DNA of 64,000 nt, taken from contig CAVRJM010000001.1 of the NCBI GenBank assembly GCA_963722075.1, forward strand, positions 544,001 through 608,000. Reading direction: 5' to 3'. How positions within the stretch are numbered: the stretch's first letter is position 1; every line of letters starts with the position of its first letter. This DNA is from Candidatus Babeliales bacterium. Its GTDB lineage: Bacteria; Babelota; Babeliae; Babelales; JANWKD01. A model generated the notes under the pieces. It did not search any database and was not told the origin of the DNA. It saw only the letters and a list, made by a program, of their open reading frames with translations. Below, in pieces: positions 59,200 through 64,000 of this stretch. A program made the position numbers and the translations under genes.

Positions 59200-59724
59200 A
59201 TGAAAAAAATTATTATAATTACTTGTATGTTAGTTTTCCATCTTTCAGCACATGATCCTTCTGCATCATGTGATAATAAGAAGGGCGATCAGTTTGTTGA
59301 AAGTTTTTTTTCATTACCGCTGCCTGCCCAAAAAAAATATTTTGCCCTCATTACGCTTCTTCGTAAGAAGGAACTTTTAAAACACATGACTTTTGAACAA
59401 TATGAAAAATTTCTCAATTCGATAAGTGAGAATGATTGGCAACAATTACTACAATCCGTATCTGCAGATGAAAAACGTACCTGGCCACAAACGATTGAAG
59501 AACAAAAAAATGCGATTCAAGAAATCAAGGAACATGCGGACAATGTAAAAGATGTAGTTCTCGTGGGCTATGTTGTTGGCTACGCAATCTTTCCACCAAG
59601 CCTTTTATTATATGGTGCACAAGCTGCCTACCAATACGTAACAGAATCGGATCCGGTGAAAGATTTTGCAATAAATAAAAAGTACTGCCAATATTTAAGA
59701 GAAAAGTTCAATGTGGTTAAATAA
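59200..59724 (+). CDS. Exported helical-repeat protein, paralog C
   Basis: AAGGAG RBS; same motif; hydrophobic segment VVLVGYVVGYAIFPPSLLLYGA. Confidence 0.75.
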   Translation: MKKIIIITCMLVFHLSAHDPSASCDNKKGDQFVESFFSLPLPAQKKYFALITLLRKKELLKHMTFEQYEKFLNSISENDWQQLLQSVSADEKRTWPQTIEEQKNAIQEIKEHADNVKDVVLVGYVVGYAIFPPSLLLYGAQAAYQYVTESDPVKDFAINKKYCQYLREKFNVVK

Positions 59725-60574
59725 GAATATTTTATTTTGTATATGCCTATTTATAATTGGGGATACTTTTAATAAGGACTATAGCCATCTTACCTTACCA
59801 ACTCCCAACGAATATAAGCAGTTATCTGGTGACAGTCCTATCTTCATATTTAATAATACCAATACACAAAAAGTACGTATTGTTGAATCAACAGAAGAAT
59901 TACAAACCAATGTTACCCCGCCACCACTTATTATTCACGCCAAATCCGTACCTTCTATTACCCCTGACATGCAAGAAGTTCAACCGTCATCTAATCCTCA
60001 GCAAAATAAAATGGCAGCTCCTCAAGCTACCCACTCATTTCACTCCCAAGAATCAACCGTTCTTAACTGGTCATCAGTAATACCAGGTAACCTTTTCAAT
60101 TTAAAAAGTGGCGCATTAGTTGTGGGAACCATCACGGCAGCTTTTTATGGATATATATACTTCCGGCTTTATCGCCTCAGTTCTCTTGTACAAAATAATG
60201 AAGGATGGGGGTCATTTAAGCAAGAAGTTCCACCTCATCATCTACGCGCTATTCCGATTCATGATCTTGCTGAAGGACTTATTGAAGAAATTCAAAGAAA
60301 ATATGCTATGCACCGTACCAATGTAGTTCCTTCTTTGCTTGCTTTCAATAATGATATAGAAAAAGAATTACACGATTTAGAATATTATCTTTCATGGTGC
60401 CAGTGGCTCAGTAAATACAATATTATATACATATTTCCTAATCAAAAAAATCTTATGATACAAGCAGAATGTAAAGTACAACGCTTGCGTATTTTTAAAG
60501 AAGCAATCACTTATTGGATCGAAATACATGCAGCGAATTTAGTAAAGTATGACAAGGAAATACCCGCCAATTAA
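59711..60574 (+). CDS. Hypothetical membrane-anchored protein
   Basis: N-terminal leader, Pro/Gln-rich linker, central TM ALVVGTITAAFYGYIYF. Confidence 0.7.
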   Translation: MWLNKNILFCICLFIIGDTFNKDYSHLTLPTPNEYKQLSGDSPIFIFNNTNTQKVRIVESTEELQTNVTPPPLIIHAKSVPSITPDMQEVQPSSNPQQNKMAAPQATHSFHSQESTVLNWSSVIPGNLFNLKSGALVVGTITAAFYGYIYFRLYRLSSLVQNNEGWGSFKQEVPPHHLRAIPIHDLAEGLIEEIQRKYAMHRTNVVPSLLAFNNDIEKELHDLEYYLSWCQWLSKYNIIYIFPNQKNLMIQAECKVQRLRIFKEAITYWIEIHAANLVKYDKEIPAN

Positions 60575-60917
60575 ATGGACTTGATTAAGCTCGTAGTTAT
60601 TTATTTTTTAATCGTGCTGATTCAACCGCTCAAATCACAGCACCCCAGTTTCATTATTTGACCAAGCAGTAGCACAAACTTATTTTCAATATCCACACCT
60701 ACTTATTAATCAGCATATAGGAAAAGAACAACAATCCTTATTCAATGGTATACAAATAAAAAAAGAACAAGCTTATAAATGGGCCGATTGGTTTTCATTC
60801 ATATTCTTTGGTATGAACTTTTGTAAATCATATTATGATATTTATTACTGTTCATTCACCAAAACAAAGCTTTATTCAATATCTGCTTCATTCCTATACA
60901 CCCTCTTTTATTACTAA
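60575..60917 (+). pseudogene. Probable exported protein gene broken by homopolymer indel(s)
   Basis: MDLIKLVVIYFLIVLIQPLKSQH continues as PVSLFDQAVAQTYFQYP... if one C is removed from the C4 run near 60643. Confidence 0.45.
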
Positions 60918-61028
60918 TTCATCAAACCATGTACGATTTTTTTTACTAAGTTGCGAGCAGCTGTTACAAGCTTATTTATTAAAAATAACGTTAAAAATGA
61001 TTATTTTCTGTTTTTTATAATAAGTATC

Positions 61029-62473
61029 TTAATACCCAGCTGGATGCATTTTATGCCACTCGGTTGCTTGTTCATACGCATATGCCGTTTGGAGTAGCAA
61101 TTCTTCACTCAAATGTGGGCCAACTAACTGAAATCCTATCGGTAATTTATCAGAAGAAAATCCACACGGAATTGAAAGCGCTGGTATACCGGCAATATTA
61201 GCTGGACAGGTGAAATAATCTTGTAAATCAAGTTGAAGTTTATTATCGTCAAAGGCGCCAAATTTGAAGGCAGGAATTGGTGAAGTCGGCATTAATAATA
61301 AATCAACATTTTTAAACGTATCGGCAAATTCAGCACGCATTGCTTGCTGTGCTTTCAGCGCATTAAGATAAAATTCACCGGCATGTCCCACGGAAAGAAC
61401 GTAGTTTCCAATCATAATACGTTTTTTTACTTCAGTACCAAATCCTTTTTGGCGTGTTAATTCATACATTTTTAGCAGCGTGGAAGCATTTTTATCGCGC
61501 AAGCCATAGCGAACACCATCAAATCGCGCTAAATTTGAAGCAGCTTCAGCACGGCTAATAATAAAGTAGATAGCAGCACCGTAATCCATGGTAGGTAATG
61601 AAACCTGCTCAATAGTAACACCCAATTTCTCTAAAGTTTTAATGGCTTCATCAATTTTTTGAGAAACTTCCCGATCAATACCATCAGCATGTAATGCATT
61701 GGTAACAATACCAATTTTCAAGCCAGGTTTCATTTTTTGATCTAAATTTTTAGTATAGTCATATGCTTTTACTGCTAAGCTTGAAGAATCATGGGGATCA
61801 TTACCAGCAATAGTGGTTAAAATAATTGCCGTATCTTCTACGCTCCGCGTAGCAATACCAATTTGATCAAGCGATGATGCGTACGCAACTAAACCATACC
61901 GTGAAATCAACCCATACGTTGGTTTTAGCCCTACCACGCCACATAATGCAGCCGGTTGACGCACCGAACCACCCGTTTCAGAACCGAGCGCCCAAGGAAC
62001 TAATCCGGCAGCCACGGCAGCAATTGAACCACCACTAGAACCACCAGGAACGCGCTCAATATTCCATGGATTTGCTGTTTTTTTATATGCTGAAGTTTCA
62101 GTCGAACTACCCATCGCAAATTCATCCATATTTGCACGCCCAATAAGCGGTGCTCCTGCATGCTTTAATCGGGTAATTGCAGTGGCATCATAAGTAGATC
62201 TGAAATTTTCTAACATTTTAGAAGCGCAGGATACCGTACGCCCTTGTTGGCAAATATTATCTTTAATTAAACCGGGAATACCCGCTAAAGGACCTTCATT
62301 GCCCGCTAATTGCATAATTGAATCTAGATTAAAGATTTCTAAAGCGGAGCCTAATTCATTATCAAATTGTGCAAATCGCTCAATAAAATAACGAACGAGT
62401 TCTTGGGTTGAGATTTCTTTTTTTTAAGGAGGAGATGTAACTCTTTTATAGAGGAAAAAGCAATATTGTTCAT
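61029..62473 (-). CDS. gatA: Asp/Glu-tRNA amidotransferase subunit A (frame break at 62418-62425)
   Basis: IKDNI, NMDEFAMGSSTE, PGGSSGGS, GSETGGSVRQPA, ASSLDQIG, SNLARFDG; true N-terminus MNNIAFSSIKELHLLLKK lies in another frame across an A8 run. Confidence 0.95.
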
Positions 62474-62487
62474 AAATCTATCAATTC

Positions 62488-62781
62488 TTAAGGTGTATCT
62501 AAAATTACGGGCACAACAAAATAGTTTTGATCAGTTTCAGGAGCTTGGGCTAAAATAGGTTTTGGGTCAGTTTTTATAACCACATCTTCACGAAATACGT
62601 TATAATTTTGTAATGGGTTACTTTCTAATTGCCCACTTTTTTGCGCTAAATCTTTAACGCGTAATGCATAATGAAGTACCTCATCAATTTGCCCGAGTAA
62701 CTCATTCACCTCGTGCTCAGTAAGTTGCAATCGCGAAAGATGTGCTAATGAAATAAGTTCTTCCTTAGTAATTTTGTGCAT
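62488..62781 (-). CDS. gatC: Asp/Glu-tRNA amidotransferase subunit C
   Basis: IT.EE...LAHLSRL.L, NVFRED, LAQAP....YFVVP.I; adjacent to gatA. Confidence 0.93.
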   Translation of the reverse strand: MHKITKEELISLAHLSRLQLTEHEVNELLGQIDEVLHYALRVKDLAQKSGQLESNPLQNYNVFREDVVIKTDPKPILAQAPETDQNYFVVPVILDTP

Positions 62782-62795
62782 GCTCTTTAGTTTCC

Positions 62796-64000
62796 CTAAA
62801 TTGATTTATGTTGCCAACGCTCACCACGAAAGCGGTAAATATATAAAATACTCATTAAACCACTTCCTAAATAGAAAGTGCTATATACTAACAAAAATTT
62901 TAAAGAAGGATTTTCTATCGGTAATCGAGAAAAGAACCACGATACAGGGACAAAAAAGAAAAAGCAGATGGCAACCCGCACCCACATAACCATATTAACA
63001 TTTGCTGCACCGCGCATTGCGCCAGCCAAAATTAATTGCAGTAAATCACAAAATACCAAAATACTTAACACAGGAAATATTTTAGCGGCAAAGCTGGTAA
63101 ATTTATCTTTATGGTCAAAAAGATGTATAAAAAACTGGGGCCATAATGAGAAGATGAATAAAATAGAGAAAACGAAAAAAGAAGAAAGAAAAATAGTCTT
63201 TTTAATGGTACTTTTAATACCTTCCCAATCATGTGTTCCATAGGCATTACTTACCAAGAAGGTAATAACTTGCGCAAAGGCCTGAGCAGGTAAAATGGCA
63301 AGTCGTTCAAGATCTTTAATAACCGTATAACTTGCTATGGCATAAATGCCCATAGGGTTAATTAAATACCCTAACCATAACGGCACCGCAGCCAATGTCC
63401 CTTTATCAAGCATAATCGGACCGCTAATAGAGAAAATTTCTTTAATTCTTTTAAAATTAATTTTTTCAGCGATCAAATGAAAGCCATATTTTCGATTTTC
63501 TTTATCGATAACTAAGTACGCTAATCCCGCAATCAACATAAAGCCATATTGAATAACGGAGGCTACAGCAGACCCTTTTAATCCTAATTGAGGGAATCCA
63601 AAGGTACCAAAAATTAAACAGTAATCAAAAAAGAGAAATATGAAGGCTCCCATAGTAAAAATCTGCATGGGAACTTTAGGTTTTTTAATACCCCGTAAAA
63701 ACCCTACAATCGCAAAGAAAATGAACATAAAAAAGATACTTATAGCGCGTAGCCGTAAAAGCGGTACCCCTAATACAATCATTTTATTCGGAACCCCATA
63801 AAAATAATAAATCCAATAGGCGCCAAAAAATAATGCAGCAGCAATAAGTCCACCCGCAATAATAGTAGCCCAAAAAGCATTAACCATGGTTTTACCAACT
63901 TCTTTATGGTCGTTAATACCGTTATAATGACCACTAATAATAGTGGTACCAATTGAGAGGCCTTCTGCCACCTTAGTTATAAAATGCATCCAATCTTTAA
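62796..64000 (-). CDS. MATE family efflux transporter (5' part outside window)
   Basis: GFLRGI..PKVPM, LIFG.FGFPQLG..G.AVAS, GAMRGA; multiple TMs. Confidence 0.9.
   Translation of the reverse strand, partial: KDWMHFITKVAEGLSIGTTIISGHYNGINDHKEVGKTMVNAFWATIIAGGLIAAALFFGAYWIYYFYGVPNKMIVLGVPLLRLRAISIFFMFIFFAIVGFLRGIKKPKVPMQIFTMGAFIFLFFDYCLIFGTFGFPQLGLKGSAVASVIQYGFMLIAGLAYLVIDKENRKYGFHLIAEKINFKRIKEIFSISGPIMLDKGTLAAVPLWLGYLINPMGIYAIASYTVIKDLERLAILPAQAFAQVITFLVSNAYGTHDWEGIKSTIKKTIFLSSFFVFSILFIFSLWPQFFIHLFDHKDKFTSFAAKIFPVLSILVFCDLLQLILAGAMRGAANVNMVMWVRVAICFFFFVPVSWFFSRLPIENPSLKFLLVYSTFYLGSGLMSILYIYRFRGERWQHKSI

Noticed and set aside
979..63247. Many short antisense or alternate-frame ORFs inside well-supported genes
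   Set aside because: Fully nested in conserved CDSs with no independent evidence

Overview
AT-rich bacterial chromosome segment. Its gene content (nutrient importers, many orphan signal-peptide proteins, a eukaryote-like SKP1/WD40 protein) suggests an intracellular parasite of protists, most plausibly Babelota/Dependentiae (TM6); this taxonomy is inference. Housekeeping genes (dnaE, pheS, galU, ppsA, brnQ, nupC, prfA, rpmE, mreC, gatA/gatC, a MATE transporter, four tRNAs) are interleaved with arrays of exported orphan proteins. An accessory zone at about 30-53 kb holds GNATs, HIT, HAD and flavin enzymes with signal peptides, AAA ATPases, an intact IS1202-family element with a 17-bp target duplication, a frameshifted toxin-antitoxin pair, several gene relics and a 1222-aa toxin-like protein. 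The strongest candidate for an undescribed system is a two-stage targeting architecture. A Sec signal peptide, often followed directly by a second Met, exposes a segment resembling a mitochondrial presequence. It is clearest in three tandem paralogs (13.4-20.0 kb) carrying a putative ADP-ribosyltransferase-like C-terminal domain. Non-coding signals include a Rickettsia-palindromic-element-like repeat family (one copy recruited into a CDS), a trailer motif that folds back on tRNA CCA ends, a candidate rod-shaped ncRNA, a candidate brnQ leader peptide and a TrpR-like operator. All family calls are from motif recognition by eye; no database searches were run.
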